Below, piece after piece: positions 21,599-31,913 of a stretch of 46,830 bases of DNA. How positions within the stretch are numbered: the stretch's first letter is position 1; each line of letters begins with the position of its first letter. Both the position numbers and the translations under genes were made by a program. The notes under the pieces are model-generated. The model saw nothing but the letters and a program-made list of their open reading frames with translations, was not told where the DNA came from and did no database searches. Origin of the DNA: Corallochytrium limacisporum Hawaii (taxonomy: Eukaryota; Protista; Pluriformea); NCBI GenBank assembly GCA_002811645.1, contig PDIP01000063.1, positions 4,328 to 51,157 on the forward strand, in the 5' to 3' direction.

Positions 21599-22615
21599 CC
21601 CGGGGGTCGACCCGCTCTCTGTTTCCACACGCGGCGCCCCCGTGGCCCACCCACCACACAGACCCCGTGAAAGGCAAAGGCACCGGTGCGGCAGTGGTGA
21701 CCCCGTGAATACCGCCCGCCGCCGTGCGGGGCTGGGGAGTGGAGGCCTGCCGTTACCGCAATCCCCCAACAAAAAAAAGTATGAGATAGCCCAGCTGGGG
21801 GAACAAATGATTTCCCAAAAAAAATGGGAAAAGCTGAGGATTGGGCCAACAAGCAACAGCAAGAAAACTCCTTACGTTCACTACCAATTCTGCCTTTGGT
21901 CCTGTCTTAACCCCTGGCCATTCGTCCCGTCCCGCAGACGCACGATTTCCAAAAAAACAACGATACAAAGAAATTCGGAGAGAGCGTATGATTTTAGACC
22001 CGACCTTCGGCGTACTGAAAGTACGACAGAAAATTGGAGCAGTCCACCGCTTCATTCTCTTGACATCGTTCGGACGCCCGGACCCAGGGGGGGTGGCCGG
22101 CCGACAGTCCGGGTAAGGTTTCACGGGAGGTGTCGAGAGACCCACCAAACCCAGCAAAACAAGGAAAGAAAGAGCAATTTGATATACTTACACGAGGATG
22201 TTTTGTAGAACAATGTTGAGCCGAAATATTCGTCACCTCTGGATCCTCCAAAAATGTTTCTCAGATATCACATTTGGAATATATTATACTACTGGTTTCA
22301 TCATTTAGTATACTGACTAGTTCAAATGGTACCGGACTTGCATTAGTGGGTCGCGGGTGCACAGGTAGCTTCTGGCAAAGGGATCGCTGGGGCGGACGGC
22401 GCCTCCTTCTGCCGGCTAAGATCCCTGTGATCTGCACACCGGCTCAGTTGTGTCGATGGCTACTTGACGAGAGGTGCAGTCTATATGTAATGTGCGATTC
22501 TTGAAAACAAAGTGGCATTTGCGATTTCCTAGTGTGATAAGTGCGTTGACATCATGGAGAAAATGTGAACCCCTTGTGAAAGCACAAAGAATTTTTGACG
22601 GGTTATGTTCCAAAG

Positions 22616-24451
22616 ATGTGGAGGCAGGCTCTGCTTCGACGTGGAAATCGAGCACTTAGGTCAGTTCAGACGAGATCTGTACCCTGGACATTAATTACAC
22701 AACAATGGACGCGGACATGCACGTCGTCGACGGCGAAGCCGACGGATAGAAAACAATCTAAATGGCAGCTTCCCGAGGGATCGCCGGTTGGCCTGAAGAT
22801 CTACAATTCACAGACACAAACAATTGAGCCATTCGTGGTCAAGAACGTAGACAGGATCTCTTGGTATATGTGTGGGCCCACAGTTTACGATGAGGCCCAT
22901 TTAGGTCATGCCCGTACGTACGTAACCTTTGACATTCTACGGCGGGTAATAAGTGAGTTCTGGCGCGTGAATGTCGTGCAAGTCATGGGTGTGACAGACG
23001 TAGATGAGAAAGTCTTCAAGCGTGCGGCTGCCACGAATCGAAGTATGGCTGAGGTTGCTGCGCAATACGAGGTGAGCTTCATGAGTGCATTGGAAAAGTT
23101 GGGAGTACAGCTGCCATCCCGTATGGTTCGGGTATCGGAGGTGATTGATGAGATCCTGGCCATGACCAAAAAGTTGGTCGACCGAGGTCTCGCCTATGAG
23201 ATCGATGGTAACATTCTTTTTGACACACAGGCGTACAAGGAAGCAGGCTTTCGCTACGGAAAATTCCTAGACGCTGAAGGACACCGACCACACCAGTTTG
23301 AAGCACCCTTACAGGAGAAGAAAGTCATTGAGGAGAACTTGCGCCACCCGGACGATTTCATTATCTGGCGCAAAGCGCAGCAAGGGGAACCGTCGTGGGA
23401 GAGCCCCTGGGGAGATGGGAGACCAGGATGGCATGTTGAATGCAGTGTCATGGCCTCACTGGGCATGTTGAAGATGGCAGAAGGTACCGAAGACATTTCC
23501 CTCGAAGACCTCGCACCGGACACAGCGGACGACAAGGTCGTCATTGACATTCACACAGGAGGAGCGGATCTAAAATGGCCGCACCATGAGAATGAGGTTG
23601 CGACATGCGAGGGTGCACTGGGCCGCGGCCAGTGGGTTAACTATTGGATGCATACCGGGCATTTGCTGATTGGCAACCGCAAGATGAGCAAGAATCTTGG
23701 AAACTACATCACTGTCGACAACTTCCTGAAGATTTACACCGCGAGTCAGTTCCGTATGTTCTGCCTCATGCACAAGTATCGCGACGATGTTGACTACACT
23801 CCACAGCTTATGGAGAAGGCAGTGCAGACGGAGTCACGGATTAGTGAGTTTCTACTTACTCTCTTCAGTCACATTCGTGAGCGGTTTTCGCAGATTGATT
23901 TTATGCGACGCTGGACCGAGGAGGACATGAAACTGCAGAAGACGGTCTACCGCGTGCGATCGGAGATGGCAGAGAGTTTAAGCAATGACATTGATACTCC
24001 TCGAGTCGTGCAGTGCATGCTAGAGCTCATCGATGCCACTGAGGCGTACCTGTCCGACGACAGGCTGGACGCCCAACCTGAGCTGCTCACCTCCATAATC
24101 AGCTTCACGGCCCATTTTCTTGATTTGTTCGGCTTCAAACTCAAAACCGAATGGACTGCCCTAGACTTTGACAGCGATCGTAAAGACGAACGCATCGACA
24201 TTAGCCGGGAGGACAATCCAGTGATTGATGCTTTCGTCGGGTTCCGCACTGAGCTCCGCTTGCTGGCGGACAGCACCAACGACAAAACGCTCAAAGATCT
24301 CACAGACAAATTGCGCATGGATTTGCTTCATTTCGGTATTCGCATTGAGGACCAAGGCACCAAGGCCCTCTGGAAGCTCGCCCGTACGCGAACCACGCCA
24401 GAGCAAATGTCCAAGGATCTGCTTACCTTCCTGTCCAGGAAGGATCGGTAA
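22616..24451 (+). CDS. CARS2: Cysteinyl-tRNA synthetase, probably mitochondrial
   Basis: CGPTVYD..HLGHAR (HIGH motif), GRPGWHVECS, PHHENE and KMSK. Arg-rich presequence MWRQALLRR starts at ATG 22616. Confidence 0.92.
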   Translation: MWRQALLRRGNRALRSVQTRSVPWTLITQQWTRTCTSSTAKPTDRKQSKWQLPEGSPVGLKIYNSQTQTIEPFVVKNVDRISWYMCGPTVYDEAHLGHARTYVTFDILRRVISEFWRVNVVQVMGVTDVDEKVFKRAAATNRSMAEVAAQYEVSFMSALEKLGVQLPSRMVRVSEVIDEILAMTKKLVDRGLAYEIDGNILFDTQAYKEAGFRYGKFLDAEGHRPHQFEAPLQEKKVIEENLRHPDDFIIWRKAQQGEPSWESPWGDGRPGWHVECSVMASLGMLKMAEGTEDISLEDLAPDTADDKVVIDIHTGGADLKWPHHENEVATCEGALGRGQWVNYWMHTGHLLIGNRKMSKNLGNYITVDNFLKIYTASQFRMFCLMHKYRDDVDYTPQLMEKAVQTESRISEFLLTLFSHIRERFSQIDFMRRWTEEDMKLQKTVYRVRSEMAESLSNDIDTPRVVQCMLELIDATEAYLSDDRLDAQPELLTSIISFTAHFLDLFGFKLKTEWTALDFDSDRKDERIDISREDNPVIDAFVGFRTELRLLADSTNDKTLKDLTDKLRMDLLHFGIRIEDQGTKALWKLARTRTTPEQMSKDLLTFLSRKDR

Positions 24452-24847
24452 AGTAGTCACAGCTCAGCCATACCAAAACTGAGGAAGGAGCGGGAGGAGG
24501 AAGGCCCGAGGAAAAAACACACACAAGAAATTTTCACACACAAATTTTCCCGACTCTTTTTGAATATTTTTCTTCCAGGTTTGTTTGGGATTTGCCCGGT
24601 TTGTAAAATCGTCTCCTTTTCCATACTCAATACACCTCGTCCATAAATGCAGTACTGAATATACCACGATCTTTCCTGTTGGGTACACTCAGGGTAGTGG
24701 TCGGACACGGAACCCAACTTGTCTGACGGTACACACAGTCTCTTTCATTGGGGAGGCTTGGGTACCATATACTATGCACGTTCACTTCAACATTGTTCGG
24801 TTCATTGGTCTGGTGTCTGATATCTGGGTCTATGGTATCAGTACTGT

Positions 24848-24885
24848 ACACACACACATACACACACACACATAGAGAGAGAGAG
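24848..24885. repeat. Compound (CA)n-(GA)n microsatellite upstream of RPL7A
   Basis: Read directly from the sequence. Confidence 0.9.
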
Positions 24886-25054
24886 CGCGGGTGTAAGTCC
24901 CAATGTGACAATGCAGTATTGAGGGAGCGTGTACTATTGGACCTTTCTGCCGCGTGAAGCTAATTACGATCTACGTATTTATGTAAACGGTGTCGCTTAT
25001 AGAGTTTTTCCTCAGTCCTCGGATTCAATTAGTATTTTATTCTCACTCATAACA

Positions 25055-26430
25055 ATGGTAAGTAGCTAAAGAACATCTCCTTCGGGATAAAACTTAAAGA
25101 AGTGTTAAAGTCCACATGTTTGTGGCTCGGGTAGAATGACGCATCCGATAGATCTTGTTAAAGAATAAGCAATGGTAAGTTGAGCAACGTTTGCGGTAAG
25201 TAACAAAGTTGATCGGGAATACACGTGGAAAAATACAATTGACATTTCTACCGGTGTATGGTGATATGTGGTGTTAGACTAGTTCTAAGACATGCATATT
25301 ATGATACGCAGCCAACAATTGGTCCATGTGACACTATGACTTTCACCACGTCGGACTGGCTTAGGATTTATCTTCAAGTCTATTGCGTCTGTCTGTGGTC
25401 TGACAGTCTTAAGTGTATGGATTGTGTATTCGGGTATTTTCTTTGTTGCTGATCGTTGACGTTCTTCAACAAGATGCCGTTGCCTCCCTTGACAATTTCG
25501 AGGCCATGTCATTTTGCTTGAGCATGAACATTAGATCACTCTTCAAGAGTCACTGTGCTTTATATTCCATTCGTTCATTCGTCGAGCACGTTGTACTAAC
25601 AATTGTTTTGTGTCAATTCTAATACCTTTTCATATTTACAGCCCAAGGAACAGAAGAAGAAGAAGGTCGCAAAGGCGCCTCTGGCCCAGACCACGAAGAA
25701 GGTCGAGAAGGCCGCCAACCCGTTGACCGAGTCTACCCCTCGCAACTTCGGTATTGGCCAGAATGTGCAGCCCACTCGTGACATTGGTCGCTACACCAAG
25801 TTCCCCAAGTACATTCGCCTGCAACGCCAGCGTGCCGTGCTCATGAAGCGCTTGAAGGTCCCTCCTTCTCTGAACCAGTTCACCCAAACCCTGGACAAGA
25901 ACACCGCCACTGAGCTGTTCAAGGTGCTGAACAAGTACCATCCTGAGACCAAGCAGGCCAAGAAAGAGCGTCTGCTTGCTCAAGCCGAGGCTAAGGTCGC
26001 CAAGGACACCTCCGACCCCGCCAAGAAGCCCTACTACGTCAAGTGCGGTCTTAACCACGTCACTGCCCTGATTGAGAACAAGAAGGCCAAGCTGGTTGTC
26101 ATCGCTCATGATGTTGACCCCATTGAGATGGTCGTCTGGCTGCCCGCTCTGTGCCGCAAGATGGACGTCCCTTACTGCATCGTCAAGGGCAAGGCACGCC
26201 TCGGACAGGTCGTCCACAAGAAGACTGCCACCTGCCTTGCCATCACCGAGGTGCGCCCGGAGGACAAGACTGCCCTGACCAAGGTCGTTGAGGGTGTTCG
26301 CGAGAAGTTCAACGAGAAGTACGAGGACAACCGCCGCCGCTGGGGAGGTCACATTCTGGGCTTCAAGAGCACTGCCCGCCAGCGCAAGCTGGAAGCCATT
26401 CGCGCCAAGGAACTGGCTGCCCGTGCCTAA
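25055..26430 (+). CDS. RPL7A: 60S ribosomal protein eL8 (L7a); join(25055..25057,25642..26430)
   Basis: eL8 sequence ([35 protein letters not shown]) with strong codon bias. The ATG-only first coding exon gives [11 protein letters not shown] after splicing. Confidence 0.95.
25058..25641 (+). other. Spliceosomal intron of RPL7A (584 nt)
   Basis: ATG|GTAAGT donor at 25058, TACTAAC branch point at 25594-25600, pyrimidine tract and CAG acceptor ending at 25641; splicing restores the frame. Confidence 0.85.
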
Positions 26431-27337
26431 GAAGTTTAGTATTTGCGTCTTTCAACTACTGTCAATATCACAACATCATAATTACATGCATTGCATAACC
26501 AATTACCATCTAGACACGAGAGACAGGATGCGCAGCTGTTTGCAGTTGCAGTTTCGTGGCCATGGAGTGGATCAGACATGGATCAACTTATCTCCCTACC
26601 CCGACTTGCCCCCATTATTTGTGAACCTACGTGAAGAAAAGCCAGAAATATTTCAAAATACAGCGTGGGTGGATTTGGCATAGCCAATGTACTGCCCCAC
26701 CGAGGTACGTAGCAACGAAATATAGGAAGAATCAAAAATCTAGCAGAATTCACCGCCCTGTCTCAGTAAATTTATATACATTTTGGCCAAATGGATTCAA
26801 ATCTAATTTTCACCCCCTCCCATTGGCTGCCTGCACAGAGGACTGAGGGGAAAGAGGGGGGAGCCCCTCGAAAGGAGCGGGCCTCCCTACCAAAGAGGCA
26901 TGCCGGTTGGGACTGCGGGTCAGCGTACCCATATACACACAACACCAGACACATCTGAGAGCCAGGGAGACGGAGAACACGTAGTCTGTGGATTTAGGCA
27001 GGAATCTGCCCGCGCTAACTCCAGTTCCTCTTAATTTCTTGGACAGGATGTCGGGGTGTGAGAGTTATTCTGAGATCTCTGTGCCAGTATGCCCACCACC
27101 TACTTCAGCGACCATTCCGGAGGAGCGGTACATTCTCTTGGGAGAGGACAATCGTGTGTACTGTAGAGAGAGAAAACAGCGGTGAATTTAATCTTTCGGG
27201 TATTGTGTGAAAAAGACTGTCAATAGGAAGATATCTCTTAGTAGACAAAGCCCAGAGAGCCCTCTGGATCGACAGTAGAGAAAGGCATTTTGAATTTTCG
27301 CAGGAAGTGGGTACTTTGCAACAAACAGTAGGAAGCC

Positions 27338-29161
27338 ATGGTCTTTGGCCGACGCAAAGAGGTCGAGAAAGAACTCGGCCTCAAAAAAGATTCCTCAAAA
27401 ATTACTAAGGCAGACATCATATCTGCTCCAGTGGCCTTGCCGGAGCCCCCAATTACAGAAAGCGAAGATGAAGAACAAGTCGTCCCCGGTGAGAAATTGG
27501 ACTCGACGGTCACGAACTCCGGAGAGATCCCTCTGCAAGAAAAGGAAGAGGAGCCCCTTGCTGCTAGTCTCGAGCAACTCGGAGATAACAGCAATGCCAC
27601 TACTATCAAGAAGAGTAAGACCAATCTCCGCGGTCTGAAGAAGGCAGCACGGTCGAAGCTGGACATTGTAAACAGCTGTGACGAGAACGGGGGTGAGGTG
27701 CAGGACACCAGGCCGCTGAAGCGTGGGCAGTCGAATATGTCCATAAACCATGAGTCTTCGAGGAAGGGGGCAGTCAGCAGTATTAACAAGCACCGATCCA
27801 TCAATGGTCTGGATCAGCACTCCATGAATCAGCTGGACAAGATTGTCGGACGCCAGGCCAAGGCTAACGGTTCCGTCGATACTTTAGCCTCTGGTACCGG
27901 TGGTAATGTTGGCAGCAGCAGTGCTCTGATGAACACTGCGAGTCTCAAGGATCTCATGAACAGTCGCAAATCCCTGAACCAGGAGACTGCCAATGCTGCG
28001 GTTCCAAACCCCTTGAACAACGGTGGTGGCAAGGTAATGGCCTCAAAACAGCTGACCCGCAAACCGACCCACCGAGCTCCAACGCAGACCTGCGAGTCGG
28101 TCCTATCTGCAGTGGGTTCGGCCGCTGATGGCCGGTCAAAGACGGGCGCCAGGCTGCAGGGCGTGCTCGTGGACAGCGACAATGCCAATGAATCAGAAAC
28201 CACGGCCCTTGGTGTGCCCGACTCCTGTGAGGGCGGCTACAGCGTTCTTTTAGCAGCAGCAGGGGGCCACTGGGAGCCGATCATTAAGATTTTGGACGAG
28301 CACAAGCCTGACAATGGATCACATCCCCTATCCACAAAGGACTTTACTTCCGGCTATACCGCTTTGCACTGGGCCGTCAAGCACAAGGCCGAGCATGCCG
28401 CGCTGCAAATTCTCAAAGCCCAGGCCGTCAGCGTGAACAGTCAGACTTTCGCAGGCTATACACCACTCCACTTGGCGTGCATGGCTGGTGATGGATCCAT
28501 GGTTACGTTGTTGCTGCAGTTTGGCGCTGACTGCCGGATCCGGGACCAGACCGGTCGCTTGGCGAAGGTCTGGGCTCACGGCTCTGCGCGAGAGGCTTTG
28601 AGTGACGCCGGGAAGAACATTCCCGAGGCCGCCGAATACGGGTCTATCGTTAAACCGACCCAAGAAGAGATCGAGCGACACTATTTCATCAACGATTTCC
28701 GAATGACCCTCCCGATTGCGTTGCGAGGTGAGACGACTAGCGATTACCACTTGAGTCCCGCGTCACACATTCGCGAGATGCGAGCGGCGCAGTTGGCAGC
28801 GGACCAGGCAGCGGCGGAGATGGCCAAGGGCAACGGCAAAGATTCCAAGTCCAGCACTCGGACATCCTTCTTTGGACGGTCCAAGAAAGCTAAGACGGAT
28901 GGAGGCAACGGTGCCGATCAGGACCCATCTGGTTCCCCGGCGCCGACCAAGAAGCAACGAAAGATGTCGATAAGGCTGTCCAGCCCAGAGCGAAAGATGT
29001 CGATGAGGCTGCCGGAGCGAAAGATGTCGATGAGGAAGCCAGAGCTTGACCGAAGGATGTCCATGAGGAGGTCCTTGCCTGCCCCTGTATTGAAAGAAGA
29101 TGACGACATGCACCGGAGTAAGACCTCTAATACCCGCAAGTCACTCGTTGGGAAGAAGTAG
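27338..29161 (+). CDS. Ankyrin-repeat protein, SOWAH (sosondowah)-like
   Basis: Ankyrin core KDFTSGYTALHWAVKH...GYTPLHLAC...GADCRIRD flanked by long low-complexity regions. Confidence 0.7.
   Translation: MVFGRRKEVEKELGLKKDSSKITKADIISAPVALPEPPITESEDEEQVVPGEKLDSTVTNSGEIPLQEKEEEPLAASLEQLGDNSNATTIKKSKTNLRGLKKAARSKLDIVNSCDENGGEVQDTRPLKRGQSNMSINHESSRKGAVSSINKHRSINGLDQHSMNQLDKIVGRQAKANGSVDTLASGTGGNVGSSSALMNTASLKDLMNSRKSLNQETANAAVPNPLNNGGGKVMASKQLTRKPTHRAPTQTCESVLSAVGSAADGRSKTGARLQGVLVDSDNANESETTALGVPDSCEGGYSVLLAAAGGHWEPIIKILDEHKPDNGSHPLSTKDFTSGYTALHWAVKHKAEHAALQILKAQAVSVNSQTFAGYTPLHLACMAGDGSMVTLLLQFGADCRIRDQTGRLAKVWAHGSAREALSDAGKNIPEAAEYGSIVKPTQEEIERHYFINDFRMTLPIALRGETTSDYHLSPASHIREMRAAQLAADQAAAEMAKGNGKDSKSSTRTSFFGRSKKAKTDGGNGADQDPSGSPAPTKKQRKMSIRLSSPERKMSMRLPERKMSMRKPELDRRMSMRRSLPAPVLKEDDDMHRSKTSNTRKSLVGKK
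28958..29074 (+). repeat. Intragenic tandem repeat encoding R(K/R)MS(I/M)R x4
   Basis: cgaaagatgtcgat at 28958, 28991 and 29018; variant cgaaggatgtccat at 29051. Confidence 0.9.
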
Positions 29162-29328
29162 GCAACTCCCCACAGCGACACCTTAATTGTACTATACCCG
29201 AAATCTCATTATCTTCTGTACCATAATACATCTTCATATACAGACAAACATCAGACAAGCTAGCATGGAATCTCAATGTGATTTACTTTGCTTTCTCTTT
29301 CTTACACATTGCTCGGAATCAGGCCTCT

Positions 29329-30879
29329 TCAGTAGGAGAACTGTAGTAGACGCATCATCTTGTAGACGCGGAACTTAAAGTAGCTGCGACTGAACGAAGC
29401 AAACATGAAAACCATAGCCACGCCAATGGCCACACCGGCCACAGCATCAGCCGGAATCACGCCCTTGAGCAGGATGGCTTCGTCACTGTCTTGTGGATTG
29501 TAGTGCACCACGACTGTAGACCCAGGCTTGATGCGCTCGTCCACTGTGCCTTCAGCATGGTCGCGCGTGGACGAGAGAACGACGGATTGATGAAAGCGCC
29601 AAAAGTAATGCGATGTTTTGACGACAGGCGGACCGTCACCTGCGGCGGGCACCACATAGTCATACTCGCAGACCACACGGTGGGCGTGGGGGGCAGCACT
29701 ACGACACCGCGCGTTGCGCTCTGTGCGCTTTTTCTCCTCTTCGGTTGGCTTCGGTTCTGGCTGAGGGTCGGGCTCTACACTTGCCTCAGCACAATCTGTA
29801 GTTCCTTGTTCTGTGGATCCACTGGTCTCATTTTTCCTCGGCTCCGATGTATTGGAGTCTGCTGATGACTTTGTTGGCGCTACGGTCACAGCCTGCCCCG
29901 TGGCATCTGCGTCATCGTCACCCAACGCGGCCCCCTTTGGCTCTGCACTCGGCTTTGCACCCTCAACTACTTTCTCTTCCTTTTTGTCCTCGTCATTGAC
30001 ATCATCTTTTTTGCTCTTCTTGAAGATTGGCAGGCGCTTCAAGAATCCAAAATGCCCACCGTGCTCCTTTTTCCGCTTCTCCTCCTCCGCAGCCGCAGCC
30101 TTCTCGACGCGGTGCTCCTCCTGACTTTGGCGGATCAGTTCCTCAAATTCCGCTGCGGTCAGGTACTCCAGGACTGTGGCCTGGGCCCGGGCAACCTTGT
30201 CACTGCGCTGCTGCTTATCCCATAAGAAGACGAAGTCATCCGTGTACGACTCTGGGTCCGAAACCGCGGCAGTGGTTTTGGTGCTGCCAGGCAGACCAAT
30301 ACATTCGACGTCGACGTCGTTGACCACACCGATGGTTGCGGGCCAGTTCCGGCTCAAGGCCCTTCCAGCCTTTTCCCTGTGCGTGCCCAGAGCGAGGAGA
30401 AAGGCAAAGGCACCCAAAACGGCAAGGACGGTCGATTCTGTACCCGGGCTCAGACGAATGTATTCCCAGCGAGTGAGATCGGAACGAGGCCAGGCCGGGT
30501 GCCGTTCGTGGTACTGTTGGAGCCTCTGTAGAAATTTGGCTTCATTATACGCCTTCAGTTCTATCCTTTCAAATGCCTGCGCCAAGCGACGGCGCCACCA
30601 ACTCAGTTTGGACTGCCGATCGGTGAAAAAGTACGAGCTTGACCCTGTTACGCGCAAGGACTCTTCCTTAGGTTTGACCAGCGCTTCTGCCGACTCTGAC
30701 TTGCTGGCCTTACTGCCATGCACGTTGTTGCTGGCTTTGGAACTATCGAATCGTCTCTGGACCCGGACGACGCGGCTGTGACCATTGGTGTGACTATTTG
30801 TAAAGGTGCCACGGCGCATGCACCATGAAGCTGGCGAGGCGGAGTACCACCTGCTAGCTACACGCGATACCTGTAACAT
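29329..30879 (-). CDS. DUF3592-like two-TM protein with a probable mitochondrial presequence
   Basis: Arg/Ser-rich N-terminus; TM1 followed by WPATIGVV; EYDY; GSTVVVHYNPQDSDEAILL followed by TM2; large charged insertion in between. Confidence 0.6.
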   Translation of the reverse strand: MLQVSRVASRWYSASPASWCMRRGTFTNSHTNGHSRVVRVQRRFDSSKASNNVHGSKASKSESAEALVKPKEESLRVTGSSSYFFTDRQSKLSWWRRRLAQAFERIELKAYNEAKFLQRLQQYHERHPAWPRSDLTRWEYIRLSPGTESTVLAVLGAFAFLLALGTHREKAGRALSRNWPATIGVVNDVDVECIGLPGSTKTTAAVSDPESYTDDFVFLWDKQQRSDKVARAQATVLEYLTAAEFEELIRQSQEEHRVEKAAAAEEEKRKKEHGGHFGFLKRLPIFKKSKKDDVNDEDKKEEKVVEGAKPSAEPKGAALGDDDADATGQAVTVAPTKSSADSNTSEPRKNETSGSTEQGTTDCAEASVEPDPQPEPKPTEEEKKRTERNARCRSAAPHAHRVVCEYDYVVPAAGDGPPVVKTSHYFWRFHQSVVLSSTRDHAEGTVDERIKPGSTVVVHYNPQDSDEAILLKGVIPADAVAGVAIGVAMVFMFASFSRSYFKFRVYKMMRLLQFSY

Positions 30880-31913
30880 GTTTGCTTTTAGGACTTTGAA
30901 CTACTAGATGTTATAAACGGGACCTGCCCGTGCTTATTTCACAGATTTATTTCCCCTTCATAACAACAAACACTCTCATGTCCCCACCAAAGCAACCACA
31001 ACCGAATGATATCTTGGTCGCTGCTACAGCAAGAAATCTCACAAAGCATCCTACTCACATCACGTGACTTCCCAGATCATCTCAATATCTTATAGCTCAC
31101 CAATCATAATCCCAGAGCTCAACAACTCTCAGCTATTTGCTAGAGGAGCAAGCCAGCAACCCGCCCGTGAGACTTATCCCGGTTCTCTACGAGACCCACC
31201 CACACAGCTCCCAGTGCAACCCGGGACTCCCTCTCTCTCTCTCTCTCCTCCTCCTCTTTTTACCGTGGGGGAGGGGTTTTCTCTTCTCCCTTGCGTCCCA
31301 CTTCCCCGGTGTGGACTGCGCTTGGCACACCCCCCTCTCTCACACTTACTCACACACAGTAGGGTGACGTAGGGGAGAGCCCCAGGAAGGAGGGGGGGGG
31401 GAGTGAGGACTGAGGCCGGGAAGTTGGTTGTAGCGCCAGCCTCCGGTACTCTTACGTTGACACTGTTTGCCTCGTCCAACGGATCAGTTTTTTCGTCATA
31501 TTTTCAATATAGATATCGGTGCCTGGCCAGTTGCCCGCCCAGCAGAAGACGGGTCGTTTTGTTTGTTTTCCTGTGGACGGCGCGAAGTGGGGACGGAAGG
31601 GGGCCGGAGGGCAAGGGCGAGGCGCCAAGGAAAATGGACCCCGCCCTTCCAATCCTTGAGCCCTCGCCGCAATCGTGCGCGGGAGTACGGACCACCAATT
31701 CCTACGATGTCGACTCCATCGGCAACCAAAGGGTATTCCAGGACGTGCAGCACCAGGTTAGATGATGTCACCGCTGTGAGTACATTACTATGTCTTCGAT
31801 TGTATATTGTACGGGTGACTTAAAGCAGACGCACAAAGGTGGAGAAGAACATGAAGATGCGACACCGTTGACCTGAGCTCAGATGTAGATCTTAGAGTGG
31901 ATAAGTTCCAAAG

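Noticed and set aside
21054-22208. Long ORFs spanning the N run
   Set aside because: Artefacts of the assembly gap and GC-rich low-complexity sequence.
25636-26352. 238-aa ORF antisense to RPL7A, and similar antisense ORFs over LAP3, REV7, DUF3592 and BRAP
   Set aside because: Shadow ORFs arising from codon bias of the real sense-strand genes; no recognisable protein features.
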